Made by a program: the position numbers and the translations under genes. The notes below the pieces were generated by a model. It had not been told where the DNA came from. It ran no database searches and saw only the letters and a list, made by a program, of their open reading frames with translations. 64,000 bases of DNA from Octopus sinensis (taxonomy: Eukaryota): contig NC_043024.1 of NCBI RefSeq assembly GCF_006345805.1, forward strand, positions 12,958,001-13,022,000, read 5' to 3'. This document shows positions 26,445-39,500 of this stretch, one piece after another; position 1 is the stretch's first letter; the number at the start of each line of letters is the position of its first letter.

Positions 26445-26754
26445 GTATTACGGAGATGTACTTGCATACCAAGTGACCCTGATCTGAGATCGTGTGCTTG
26501 AACAAAACAATTGCAGCGGTGAAAGTGTTAATAAGCCATTTAAGAAACACAAACACCATTAGATTCACTTCAACATTTAAATTTAATTTGTTAAAAATTT
26601 CGCCTGGGATGCAGTACGGAATTTTGTCAGTGAACAGGTCGCGGTCTCAAAGTGAGGAAAATAATTTGATAAATTAAACTTAAATGTTGAAATGAATCTA
26701 ACGGTTTTCGTGTTTCTTAAATGACTTATAAACACCTTCCACGCTGCAATTGTT
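26445..26754. mobile_element. Fold-back element with 90-bp inverted arms and a central hammerhead-like motif
   Basis: Arms 26506-26595 and 26665-26754 are about 85% reverse-complementary. The element interrupts the hAT ORF. Confidence 0.8.
26623..26673 (+). ncRNA. Hammerhead-like motif with G3:C8 swapped core
   Basis: UUUGUCA-GUGAACA-G-GUCGC(9 nt)GUGAG-GAA-AAUAAU-U-UGAUAAA: 7-bp helix I. The helix II closing pair and one helix III position are mutated. Confidence 0.5.
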
Positions 26755-27664
26755 ATATATATATATATAATATATATATATATCAGAAGCTTCTAGTTTC
26801 AAAATATATCGTAAGAGATGTTAAAGCAATTTTTAAACCAAATAGTTGAAATTGTCAGTTGTATTGATAGTACACCTTTGACTTCAAGTATATATGAATA
26901 AATGTGCAGACGATAACCCCCGGCATTTGATTATTTCTGCATACACAAGTCCCACGTGTTCTAAAGACAAAATGGTAACTGGCATTCATGAAGTTCAGAA
27001 AGAACCGGTAGCATTGTTTTTATAAAGAAACAGACGACAGATTCTGTGTGTTCCTTCAATGTCAGTGACTTAGTAAGAATATTTAACGGTGATATTTACT
27101 CAATTGTGTAAATTAAACATATGCATCCTAATAAAGAAAAAAAAATCTCCTCTATTAAGTAAAGTTGGTTGCTTTGATAGACGTACAATGCATACATCCA
27201 TATACACATACATGTAAAACACAACATATATATACATATAAACATACAAATATATACATACATACACATATCTATATACATGTATGTATGCATGTATATA
27301 TATATATATATATATATAGGGGGAGAGTTCACGAAAAAACAAAAGACGAAGACAGATAGTGTACAAAACATATATATATATACGTACATATATATATACA
27401 TTACGTATGTATGTGTGTGTATATGTGTGTTTGCATGTATGTACGTATGCGTGAAATTTGGCAAAACGCATCAAAATTGGATAGGTTCGGTTTGTTTCTT
27501 TGAATCGGTTTAACTGCATTAAAGAAATCATCTTTATTGTGGTTAATAATTTGTGAAGACTGGGAGAAAACAATAGTTTCAAATTATGGTGCAAGTCCTC
27601 TGTCTCGTGCGAGTGTATCAGTTGATTACATAGATCTGCTGTTCAACTGGTACTTTGTATATAT

Positions 27665-27860
27665 GCAGGCGCGTGGTTTAATGGTTAGGGCAGTCGGTTC
27701 GTGATTTTGCGATCGTGATTTCGATTTCCGTCGGCGCCTTGTGTCCTTCAGCAATACACTTTATTTCTATTTGCCCCAGTTCACATAGCTGGCAAGAATA
27801 AGCAGTATCTGTTTTTTAGGGGCCAGTCTTGTCACATTCTGTGCTACATTGAGGATGCTT
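27665..27860 (+). mobile_element. Degenerate tRNA-headed SINE (family C-like)
   Basis: GGCGCGTGGTTTAATGGTTAGGG...GATTTCGATTTCC head followed by TTGTGTCCTTCAGCAATACAC. Confidence 0.6.
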
Positions 27861-28049
27861 GTATTTGTGAAGTGCTCGACCACTTGTACTTTAATTTCAG
27901 AAGCAGATAACTCCGTTGATGAAAGGCAACATCGACCGCGACGTAATTACAATTCCAGACGTAAATACTCTCGAAATGCCGCAAAGAACTCTGTCCGGCG
28001 TGTTTACGATTTTGCGGCACCACCGCCATTTACCAGAGGAAAATATCGA

Positions 28050-28260
28050 TTCCAAAATTTGGCAGAAGGCCAGCAATTTGGGGGAAGAAGTAAGTCGATT
28101 AAATCGAGTGCAGTGATCAACTGGTGCTTATTTTAATGACCCCGAAAGGGTGAAGAGACAAAGTCAAACTCGGCGGAATTTGAACTCAGAACGTAAACAC
28201 GAACAAAATGTTGCTAAGTGTTTTTACTTCGGTGCTAACGATTCCGCACGCCGCTGCTTT
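28050..28260 (-). mobile_element. SINE family A, degenerate
   Basis: GACCCCGAAAGGGTGAAG...CGGCGGAATTTGAACTCAGAACG. Confidence 0.75.
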
Positions 28261-28669
28261 ACCAGAAGAAGATAACGATTGCTATGGTCCGTCATTAAAG
28301 GCACAAAAGGGCCAATGAATTCGATACCCTTTCATAAATTTCCCGTCTAAAATTAGGCTTCAATTATAGGAAGAATATGAATTAGCGACAATTTTCATTG
28401 GATTTCAATTGCACAGAATATCCTCAAGCACCTAACAAAGCCCTGTTCAGATTTGTTATAATTCTCCCCTTCTTATTTGTGTGATTTTCGACAGTGAATA
28501 ACATTAAAACTAAAGAAGTAAGAGAAGCTATGATGCGTTGATGAAGAAATAACGTTTATCGCTTTTGAATCCAAACACTGAAACAATAGCAAAAAGGGGA
28601 AAAAAAATATCCAAGCACAGGTTTCCCACAAATCAACCGGCATACTTGCCTACCAGAATGAAGTACTCT

Positions 28670-29085
28670 TTGACTCTATTACTCTTTTACTTGTTTCAGT
28701 CATCTGACTGTGGCCATGCTGGAGTACCGCCTTTAGTCGAGCAATCGACCTCAGGACTTATTCTTTTTTTAGCCTAGTACTTATTCTATCGGTCTATTTT
28801 GCCGAACCGCTAAGTTACGGGGACGTAAACACACCAGCATCAGTTGTCAAGTGATGTTGGGGGGGACAAACACAGACACACAAACCTATACACACACATA
28901 CATACATATATATATGTACATATATACGACGGGCTTCTTTTCAGTTTCCGTCTACCAAATAAACTCACAAGGCTTTGGATGGCCTGAGGCTATAGTAGAA
29001 GACACTTGCCCAATGTGCCACGCAGTGGGACTGAACCCGGAACCATGTGTTTGGTAAGCAAGCTACTTACCACACAGCCATACCT
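28670..29085 (-). mobile_element. SINE family B, full length
   Basis: Reverse complement of 4738-5115 along its whole length. Confidence 0.88.
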
Positions 29086-29544
29086 ACGAAGTGTTTATTT
29101 TTTAAACAATCTATATCTTTATGCCACTGTTGCATTAAAAATTTACATTTATAAATTGAGTTGTAATATTCGTATCCAGTACGCTGCCATATTTCCGTCT
29201 GTTCGTGAGTGAACCGGGGACAAAAAATGGCCAAGAAGCTATGTTTTAAGGGATTGGAATTTAAGGGGTCTTCCTCGTTGGACACAGAACTGCCTCACGG
29301 TTAGTTGGCAGGTGCGCTCTCATCATTCTGTCCCCGTAGAGAAATTGTAGATCGTATCAGAATGAAAGGTTATGAAACAATAATTTAAATGGATTATACA
29401 TACATTAGACTTCCTAATATACACGCTGGGTTGTACATAGATATTAATTAATCACACGACCACCAAAACGGCATGACACTAGTCTAGTCATTATAATTAA
29501 TGTATAATTTGTATTTGATGAAAATATTGAATAACAATGAGCTA

Positions 29545-29643
29545 AGACACCAACTGATTATCCCATATATATATATACATATGTATATATATATATGCAC
29601 ATATATATATATACACACATATATATATATACACACAGAGATA

Positions 29644-29695
<52 letters not shown>

Positions 29696-29855
29696 TAGAT
29701 ACACACAGATATAAATACGCATATATATATATATATATACCTATATATATATATATATATATACACATACGCAGAGATACACACAGATATAAATACGCAT
29801 ATATATATATATATATATACTTATATGCACACAGAAATACACACAGATATATATA

Positions 29856-29909
<54 letters not shown>

Positions 29910-29960
29910 TATATATATATACATATATATACACACAGAGATATATATATATATATATCG
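29545..29960. repeat. Compound (TA)n/ACACAGA minisatellite
   Basis: Repeated ACACACAGAT ATAAATACGCATATAT units between TA runs. Confidence 0.8.
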
Positions 29961-30660
29961 TTCCATATGTGTGTGTGTATCGGTGCAAGATAATTATTTT
30001 GTTGCAATTAGAAAATATCAATTTAGAGCCATCACGAACTTCTTCTCCAGGAAAATAATGTTGATATCTAGTGGAGTTGAAACACAATTGGACATCCTGA
30101 TGTTTTGTTTTCGTTCTGTTGAAATGGTAGTTTCAATGGTATACATATTAAACAGAACTGGCTTGTTTTCTATCCGATGATATTATAGCGAAAGTAAACA
30201 TCGAAACAAAGGTAGGTTTGGTTGTGCTTTTTTGTGTTTTGGTATTTTCACGGTAATTTTTATTTTATTTTATTTTATTTTGTTCTATACTCTTGATTAG
30301 AGCTTTGATAAATGTGTTTATGTATTAAGAAATTGTTATTAAACTTGTCAGTAGCACAATCATAAATGACAGCTGTGGTAAGATTATACGGAAAAAGAAA
30401 AATGTAGCCCAAACAAGCGTACGCATACACACGCGCGCACCTATACACACGCGCCAAAGGAATTTGGTGTTTAATATTTTAGAAGTCTTATGAATAATTA
30501 AATTTCAAATCAATCTTCATTGTTAAGCAATACATCAATTAGTTTTCTATCTGTTAATTAGAATAATTTTATCATTGTTTACCGTTTCATTGTATGCAAT
30601 CACATTAAGCATTAGTCATACATACTTCATATATACATATACATATATATATATATATAC

Positions 30661-30694
<34 letters not shown>

Positions 30695-30717
30695 ACATAT
30701 ATATACATACATATATA

Positions 30718-30785
<68 letters not shown>

Positions 30786-30824
30786 CAGAAAGAGAGAGAG
30801 GGAGAAAGAGAGAGAGACAGGGTG

Positions 30825-30868
<44 letters not shown>

Positions 30869-31239
30869 ACCAGCGCAGGTGACGAACTTAACGCCATATG
30901 TGTACACGCGTGTGTTTGTATCCGTGCGGTGTTAAAGCAGGATTAATTATTAATCTATCTTCCGAACACCGGTGATTTCACAAGTAATTACCCAAATACA
31001 ATTTGTCTTCTAAGCTTTTTGGTTTTGTTGTATAGCCCTAGGTTTCCCTAGGAAAATATCAGCCAACTGTCTAATTGACCATTGTTACACACACGCACGC
31101 ACGCACACGCACACACACACACATATATATATATACAAACACACGTGCGTGTGCTCGAAATTAATGTCGTAAATAACAACCCTCAAGAAAAATCGATAAT
31201 ATTGTCTAATTATTTAACCCTGTGTGATTAAGTAGTAGC

Positions 31240-31275
31240 GTTTCTGACGTTTCGGGCATTCTCCCTTTTTCAGGA
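31240..31275 (-). ncRNA. Degenerate hammerhead-like motif, same family as 51971
   Basis: Minus strand reads CUGAAAA-A-GGG(AGAAUG)CCC-GAAACGUC-AGAAAC. It shares the 17-mer GTTTCTGACGTTTCGGG with 51971. G8A is uncompensated and helix I is broken. Confidence 0.4.
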
Positions 31276-31384
31276 TGTTAATTAAAATAGGGAAGAAATG
31301 TGTGCCTGTGCATGTATATATATATATATGTATATACATATATGTATATGTATGTATACACACACACATGCATGTATGTATGCA

Positions 31385-31426
<42 letters not shown>

Positions 31427-32559
31427 ATATATATATATTATGTTCGACGCGCTTCTGATCAGCTTTAGCTAGTAATCTTTGTAAGATCCTAATTTTTATT
31501 CAAAGATACTTACGAAAGTGGCGTTGAAGTGACTCGAACCCGCCACCTACAACTACATAAATTCCAGACAATTTATGAGTCACAGAGTCATGAATACTAA
31601 CGTAGCTAGAAGGATCCGCTCAAGAGAACGTTGTGATTAGTTCTACTGGAAAAAGCATTGGCATGTTTCAAGCTGACCCTGTTGTTTCACTCGCAAATTT
31701 ATATTCCTGACTTGTACATCAGAACATTTGTAAGAAATCCTATTCAGTGTAGCTTTCAATTATTTTAGTGTTTGTTTGAATCATTTGCGATGAGAATGAT
31801 TGAAATTCCTCCAGTCTCTAAGGAGATTAAGTAGGTAATTTAGGAAACAACATCCGTTCTCATGTTTTATCCTTCCTGAATGAAGAGATAACGAGAAAAT
31901 TGATGAGAGCAATTGAATATAACAATTTTTGTGTTTTGTTGTTTTGTGTTCCAGCTTATAACATTGCAGATACCTACTTATATAATTTGTTTGGATTTCA
32001 AAATTTATAAAGATACGTATCAGCGTGTGGATCACAATATTGCAAATTAGCAACGTTCTCGTTGCACCGACGTTTTGCTCGGTCTTCATCGTAAGCGACA
32101 TGTAGATATAAACAATATTATAGCGAGACCTCCTACATTAGTTAAACAACGAAATAGCACTCAGCTTACCTTGGCATTGTCTTTGACAAATGAATGCACG
32201 GCAGCCATAGAATTTCCGGAGATATTATCCTGTATACGTGAATGTGTTTAAACCCTTCTGAGGACAGGAGTGAGATGAATGGTGACAAATTTAGGAAACG
32301 GACGACGGAGCTGGAAATGTACTGCGCCCTTCATTATGATCGTAATGTTACAATTAATGGATGAATAGATAATAGAATACGCCGTTGATGAGCACGCAGC
32401 CTGTGACTCATTCATAAATTTAGCTACTACTAGGTACCATAGTGATCAAAAAGGCGACCATCCGCAGCTTTCCAATCTGCGAGAAATAGCAGTTTAATCT
32501 TCAGTTTATTATACTCTACGATCTTAAAAATGCGGAAGGAAACATTGTATTGTATAGTT

Positions 32560-32775
32560 ACTCTTTTACTTGTTTCAGTTATTTGAATGTGGCCATGCTG
32601 GAGCACCGCCTTTAGTCGAGCAAATCGTCCCCAGGACTTATTCTTTGTAAGCCTAGTACTTAATGTATCGGTCTCTTATGCCGGACCGCTAAGTTACAGG
32701 GACGTAAACATATCAGCATCGGTTGTCAAGGGATGTTGGGGTGACAAACACAGACACACAAACATATACACACAC

Positions 32776-32819
<44 letters not shown>

Positions 32820-32975
32820 GACGGGCTTTTTTCAGTTTCCGTCTGCCAAATCGACTCACAAGTCTTTGGTCGGCCCGAGGCTATAGTAGAAGACACTTGC
32901 CCAAGGTGCTACGCAGTAGAACTGAACCCGGAACCATGTGGTTCGTAAGCAAGCTACTTACCACACAGCCACTCC
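32560..32975 (-). mobile_element. SINE family B, full length
   Basis: Collinear with 28670-29085. Confidence 0.88.
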
Positions 32976-33529
32976 CACGCCTATGAAACGTTCTAAAAGT
33001 TTTGAAAACAAAACACGAAAAAACGCGATTGCCACGGCTAGAAAATCTTTGATCATTCGTTTCCTCGATCAAGACCGATCTGGGGCTACAACTATAAACA
33101 CAGACCATGACTCGCTACACCACTATACTTCAACTCGCCGTTGTTAACGAAGATGATAGTGTTCCTGATGTAGCAGTAGCAGCCGGAACAGCAGCAGTAA
33201 TATTAGTAGTAGTAGTAGTAATTTGTCCTCCTCATCGTCGTCGTAACAGTCGTAGAGCTTGTCGTTGCTATAGATGGCTTTGTTAGTGTTTTGTTTCGAC
33301 CCCAGTATAGTAGACCCGTTTTCGATCTCAAAAACATCTCGATGGAGACAACGCTACCGATCGCCATGATCAACGCGATGATGGTGACTATTATGATCGA
33401 ACTTTTCGACTAAAAACTCTCAAGGTGGTGCTCTAGCATGGCCACGATCAAATGAGAGAGACAAGAAAAAGAATAAAATATTGTATACACACACACACAC
33501 AAACGCGCGCGCGCACACACACACACACA

Positions 33530-33742
33530 ATCAGTTGCAGAAATGAATTGCAACGTCGCTGGTACCAAGCTGTAACGGCCTTTGCCTTTCCGTAGGATAA
33601 CATCGGTGGCCTGGAGAGGGGAAGTTGGTATGCATGGGCGATTGCAGATCTTCCATAAACAACCTTGCCCAGACTTGTGCCCTGGAGGGGAACTTTCTAG
33701 GTGCAATGCCATCGTTATTCAGGACTGAAGGGTGTCTTTAAC
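33530..33742 (+). mobile_element. SINE body of a further family (RTE-related tail suspected)
   Basis: GGTACCAAGCTGTAACGGCCTTTGCC...GGAGAGGGG...CATAAACAACCTTGCCC...CTAGGTGCAAT. Family recognised from memory only. Confidence 0.5.
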
Positions 33743-34221
33743 CTATGTATATATATATATGTAAATCTCTGAACGAGGTATAAACAGTAACTGTACGACA
33801 ATGTGAAGTGTATTTTCCACTTAAATGTGGCTAACTACTCAGGAGGGAAAATACTGTAGCTTGTAGCCCCAGGAGAACATCTTCAGCTGGCTATATATAT
33901 ATATATATATATATATATAGCCCCAGGAGAACATCTTCAGCTGGCTATATATATATATATAAACAATATATATTAGGGAGTATATCTCCAAACTTACAGG
34001 GAAAAATTCAATTTAGTATTAAATCAAATTTCACAATATAAATATATAACATATATATTTTTTTTAAAACATATAACTACATCAAAAAAAGTATAAAAAG
34101 AGATCCAGTTATATGCTTTATAAAAATATATTTTATTTGTTATTTATGATTTGGTTTATGTCTATCAGTGTTTGAGTTGCATAATAGTGGTTTTATCTCT
34201 AATTTATATTTTATGTGTGTG

Positions 34222-34286
<65 letters not shown>

Positions 34287-34729
34287 GAACAAGATGGCGT
34301 TTGGTAAAAATAAGGAAGAAAATAAAAATAAAACAATCCGAGGAAAGACAATATGAAATCCATTTAATATTCCCCGAAAAATATTGAAGGAAACTGTATC
34401 GATGATGTGCCGCCGGGTAAATTAAAAGTTAAAAACCTTAACATTGGTAGCTTTAGTCTCTGACTAGGTTTAGTAATTGATCAGCAGCCATGTTGTGACT
34501 CCACCTTGAAAGGGTTTTCCATCGGCTACAACGGGTTTAGTAATTTGTTGTATGTTTTATAAACATCAGAGGATGGTGAAGGACAAGCAACGAAATATAG
34601 AGGCGTTGATATTGATGACGATGACTTTAACAATGTCTATGGTAATGACGATGATGATGATGATGATGAATAATAATGGTAATGATGATGATGATATGAT
34701 GAGGATGGTTAAGACGGTGGAGACGACTA

Positions 34730-34850
34730 CCTATTTCTTTATTACCCACAAGGGGCTAAACATAGAGGGGACAAACAAGGACAGACAAGCGGATTAAGTC
34801 GATTACATCGACCCCCAATGCATAGCTGGTACTTAATTCATCGACCCCCA
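34730..34850 (-). mobile_element. SINE family A, 3' part with junction remnant
   Basis: CTACCTATTTCTTTATTACCCACAAGGGGCTAAAC. Confidence 0.8.
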
Positions 34851-35505
34851 TCGTGATGAGCAGAATGATATTGGTAACTATGGTGATAAAATAGAAAACG
34901 CCCATGATGAAAACAATAGGAAAGAAGATTATACCAATGATGTTGATGGTGATGACAACTCGATGATGACGATGGAGACAACGCCATTGATGGTCATGAC
35001 CAACGCGGTGATGGTGACTATTATGATGATGATGATGTCGATTATAGCGATGACGATGACGGTAAGGAGAATGATGATCGTGACGTCGGCAACGTTAAAG
35101 ATGATATCGAGGCAAATATTTATCCGCTTAAATCTGACACGGTTGACTAAACGCTGCAATTACAGAGCTTATGTATTCTACCAACATGACTGGCGAAATT
35201 GACCGACAAATATTTACATTGGTCAGTTTAGCAGGACGACCAAGCAAGGCCATTGATGCGTAACAGATACAGATGGCGAACTTTTATAGTAAAACAACAT
35301 ACATCGCTGTTCGTGGAATATTAGATCTTCGTTGCCTTAACTCATTGATTTGTGAATCTAATAAGCGCAGCATGAAATTTCATTTTTAATCTTAACGATT
35401 CGTTAGCTCCGCCTTAATTATATAAACGCGTCTTTCTCTTGGCTCTTTCTCTCTTTATATATGTGTGTGTGTGTGGACATATATACATATATATCTATAT
35501 AATAC

Positions 35506-35549
<44 letters not shown>

Positions 35550-35691
35550 TTGGAAAGAGAGAGAGAGAGACATATGCTTACGCTCTTAAAATACATTTAC
35601 ACATATACTGACACAGACAGACAGACATTTACGTATATGGACACACTTGTATGCATACTTATAATATATATCTGTATAGAAACATCTATGT

Positions 35692-35736
<45 letters not shown>

Positions 35737-35905
35737 ATATATAATATATATATATATATGGACATAGATGTTTCTATACAGATATATATTTATATTTATA
35801 TATGCATACATACATAGAGATTTGTGTGTCCGTGTGTGTGTGTGAGTGTGTATGTATATGTGAGTATATGTGTGTATGTATATGTAAGTATATATCTGTG
35901 TGTGA

Positions 35906-35937
<32 letters not shown>

Positions 35938-36264
35938 CTTAGAAGAAACCACAATTGTGGTCTTATCCATTCTTATACGTTTGATCAAAATCGCGGCGTA
36001 GTACAATTTCGGATTTGTAATCCACTGTTTTTATATATGTGTATAGATATGAATGAGCAATTTGACAAAGACATATGCTACTGTATTTGGCATTGCCCCT
36101 AACAAATGTCAAGTAGAAATCCTACAGGTAGAAATAACATTCGTACTAAGTTCTTACAAATCAATATTTTGAACAGCATAAAGAATTCAGTTGACTTTCA
36201 CTGCGATCATGTTACCGATGTACAAATTTTATCTTTCTGAAAATAGTTGCTATAAAAATGGGTC

Positions 36265-37395
36265 TCATTATATATTTCTTTACTGCCCACAGGGGGCTAA
36301 ACATAAAGGGGACAAACAAGGACAGACAAAGGGATTAAGTCGATTACATCGACCCCAGTGCTAAACTGGTACTTTATTTATCGACCTCGAAATGATGAAA
36401 GGCAAAGTCGACTTCGGCGGAATTTGAACTTAGATCGTAACGACAGACGAAATACGGCAAAGCATTTCGCCCGGTGTGCTAACGTTTCTGCCAGCTCGCC
36501 GTCTCATTATTACAACCATCTTCACCGTACAAAGATCTGCAATTATTTTGCACGAGAGAATCAGAGAGGAATGGCAAAATTGTCAATCACTTCCTTTATC
36601 CTTCTGGATCGGTAAGTGTTAATGGCGGTAGTATCTTTAATTGTAAAAACTGCTTGGATCATTAAAACAAAGGATGATGTTAATCAAGGCTCCAGCAACG
36701 GATTAAGTATTTCCAAAAATAGAAACAATCCGCCAACTCGAAACCACATGTTTGTCAAGCGAACATCTTAACCACGTGGTCTGCCAAGAAATAGCTTTCT
36801 ACTATAGGCACATGGTCTGACAGTTTTGGAGAGGGGACCAGTCGATTAGATCGATCCTAGTGCGTAACTGGTACTTAATTTATCGATCCCGAAAACATGA
36901 CACCGGCAACATTTGAACTCAGGACGTGATGACAGACGAAATACCTATTTCTTTACTACCAACAAGAGGCTAAACGCAGAGATGACAAACAAGGACAGAC
37001 AAACGGATTAAGTCGATTATATCGACCCCAGTGCGTAACCGGTACTTATTTAATCGACCCCGAAAGGATGAAAGGCAAAGTCGACCTCAACGGAATTTGA
37101 ACTCAGAACGTAACGGTAAACGAAATACAGCTACGCACTTCGCCCGGCGTGCTAACGTTTCTTATTTCTTTATTGCCCACAAGGGGCTAAACATAGAGGG
37201 GACAAACACGGACAGACAAGGGGATTAAGTCGATTACATCGACCCAGTGCGTAACTGGTACTTAATTTACCGACCCCGAAAGGATGAAAGGCAAAGTCGA
37301 CCTCGGCGGAATTTGAACTCAGAACGTAAAGACAGACGAAAAACTGCTAAGCATTTCGCCCGGCGTGCTAACGTTTCTGCCAGCTCGCTGCCTTC
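36265..37395 (-). mobile_element. SINE family A cluster and array (one solo copy plus three joined units)
   Basis: Repeated GACAAACAAGGACAGACAAA...GTCGATTACATCGACCCCAGTGCG...GGCGGAATTTGAACTC. Junctions lie at about 36944 and 37160. Confidence 0.9.
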
Positions 37396-38034
37396 TTTGC
37401 CTAGGAATAATACTCCGATAATTATGCCATTTATGCAAATGTTGATTGACAGACAACAATAATACAATATCAAGTTACTCGTTGATAGAACTAATAAGAT
37501 CATTATTCCGGAAATAAATACATTAGTTGCGTACTCAGACTTCTACTTGAGAGTTCGGAAATAGCTTTCTAATACATCACGTACGGATTCTTTACTTCTG
37601 TTTTGTTAGAGCTGCTACAAAATTAGGTTGTGTTTGCTTGGTAAAACTAATGTAATGTCAGAAGTTACCGCAAGGAAAACCCACGAATAATATTCAAAAC
37701 AGTGGTAGCAAAAATGATCCAAAATGTGGATCTAAGAACATTAGTTAGAAAGGTTAAGATAGTAGCTTTAAGAGAATGGTTGAAATGCTTCAGGAGATAT
37801 GTGGAACAGCGGTAGGTAGAAGCTTTTAGAAAACCATATTAAGTGTGCGAGCTAAAAGCCTTCAGGAAATTTATGTAACAGTCGAGAGAAACTAAAAGTA
37901 TTATATAACACGAGATAATTACGATAATTTTTCTGTGGCTCCATTTAAATATTGGACAAATCGTCCCTGAAATCCTAATCTAATAGCTTCTAAGATAAAG
38001 ATCACATAGCGTATATAACTTATGTACATATATA

Positions 38035-38405
38035 TGGATGGAAGCACTCCGTCGGTTACGACGATGAGGGTTCCAGATCCGACTAACGGAACAGCCTGCT
38101 CGTGAAATTAACGTGTAAGTGGCTGAGCACTCCACAGACACGTGTATCCTTAACGTAGTTCTCGGGGATATTCAGCGTGACACAGAGAGTGACAAGGCCG
38201 GCCCTTTGAAATACAGGTACAACAGAAACAGGAAGAAAGAGTGAGAGAAAGTTGTGGTGAAAGAGTACAGCAGGGATCACCACCATCCCCTGCCGGAGCC
38301 TCGTGGAGCTTTAGGTGTTTTTGCTCAATAAACACTCACAACGCCCGGTCTGGGAATCGAAACCGTGAGTCCGCTGCCCTAACCACTGGGCCATTGCGCC
38401 TCCAC
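38035..38405 (-). mobile_element. SINE family C, young near full-length copy
   Basis: High-identity reverse complement of 49361-49750, with a short deletion in the head. Confidence 0.9.
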
Positions 38406-38779
38406 AATATATATATATATATATGTGGTGTGTGTGTGTGTGTGTGTATAGAGACATATTCACACCTAAATATGTGTGTGCACGTGTGTATTCGTATCTA
38501 AAAAGTAAGACGAGATGAGCTCTGTTAGATCCGCTTAAAGATGGTCGACTTGAAACTAAAGAATAGCTAAATGGGCTTTGGCATCGTTACAACTGAAGTA
38601 ACACAGGAAACCCTGAAAGCCAACAATATACAAAACGACTAAAGGAGGAAGCAGCTACGTGGCAGTTTAAATGGCTCGAAATAGATGTCATATATCCCTT
38701 CACAAGCCATTTATTTACCGTCTTAAAATCAATGTATGGACACGTGGAAGAATATAGCCTCCGGTAACTAAATCTTCGA

Positions 38780-39015
38780 TATCTATTTCTTTATTGCCCA
38801 TAGTGGGATAAACATAGAGGGGACAAACAAGGACAGACAAAGGGATTAAGTCGTTTATATGTACTCTAGTGCGTAACTGGTACTTAATTTATCGACCCTG
38901 GAAGGATGAAAGGCAAAGTCGGTCCCGGCGGAATTTGAACTCAGAACGTAGAGACAGACGAAATACGGCCAAGCATTTTGCCCGGCGTGCTAACGAATCT
39001 GCCAGCTCGCCGCCC
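38780..39015 (-). mobile_element. SINE family A, full length
   Basis: Runs from CTATTTCTTTATTGCCC to GCCAGCTCGCCGCC. Confidence 0.88.
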
Positions 39016-39283
39016 TATAAAACTACGATATCGTCGCGGGAGGAATGTCTATGATGATAATTTCTTTCAAAGAACGTTGCTAAACAGCAGCAGCAGCAAC
39101 AACATCAACAACAGATTAAGATTAAACATTAACACTAGTGGTGTTAGAGAAAAGAGTTGTAATAACGATGAACCACATGAGAAAGCATAGTGGAGCAGTT
39201 CATAAATTTAAAGAAAAAACAACGGGAACATTGATACCTTAAAAGTGACAGTGATTACATTACACCGCGCTATAGTTCGGTAT

Positions 39284-39500
39284 CAGCAGCAGCAGCCGTT
39301 TAAGAATTTGGACCTGGAGATCTCCATTTCCAGCGACTTCGAGGGCCACCTCCCAGTGGTGTCGGGCATCAAGAAGAGCCCTTGACTACAACCAGACGAC
39401 AAAGGTTTTTTTTCTCTCCAAGTTCTGAGGTCTCCCGCCCCTAAGCCCTAGACCATCACCTAATCACCCTTACCCGTCTTGTTGCTTAACAACAGCAACA
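39284..39500. repeat. Unclassified 200-bp dispersed element flanked by CAG/CAA repeats, copy 1
   Basis: Homologous to 58228-58420. The first 70 bp or so differ at 2 positions. Confidence 0.9.

Larger units (their letters stand above)
24763..27060 (+). mobile_element. hAT (Buster/Charlie, ZBED5-like) transposon relic with nested insertions
   Basis: BED finger LCIVCGEK...SKLKRHFSTKH at about 25660-25740, NDAIHKRILDL, LDESIDIS at 26090 and CTDGA at 26287. The ORF resumes after 26810 with EMLKQFLNQIVEIVSCI...HTQV. A Charlie-like left end lies at 24763-24840. Confidence 0.88.

Noticed and set aside
32064-32096. Minus-strand ACGATGA-A-GAC...GC-AAAACGTC pattern
   Set aside because: C3, U4 and G12 are all altered and helix II is incomplete.
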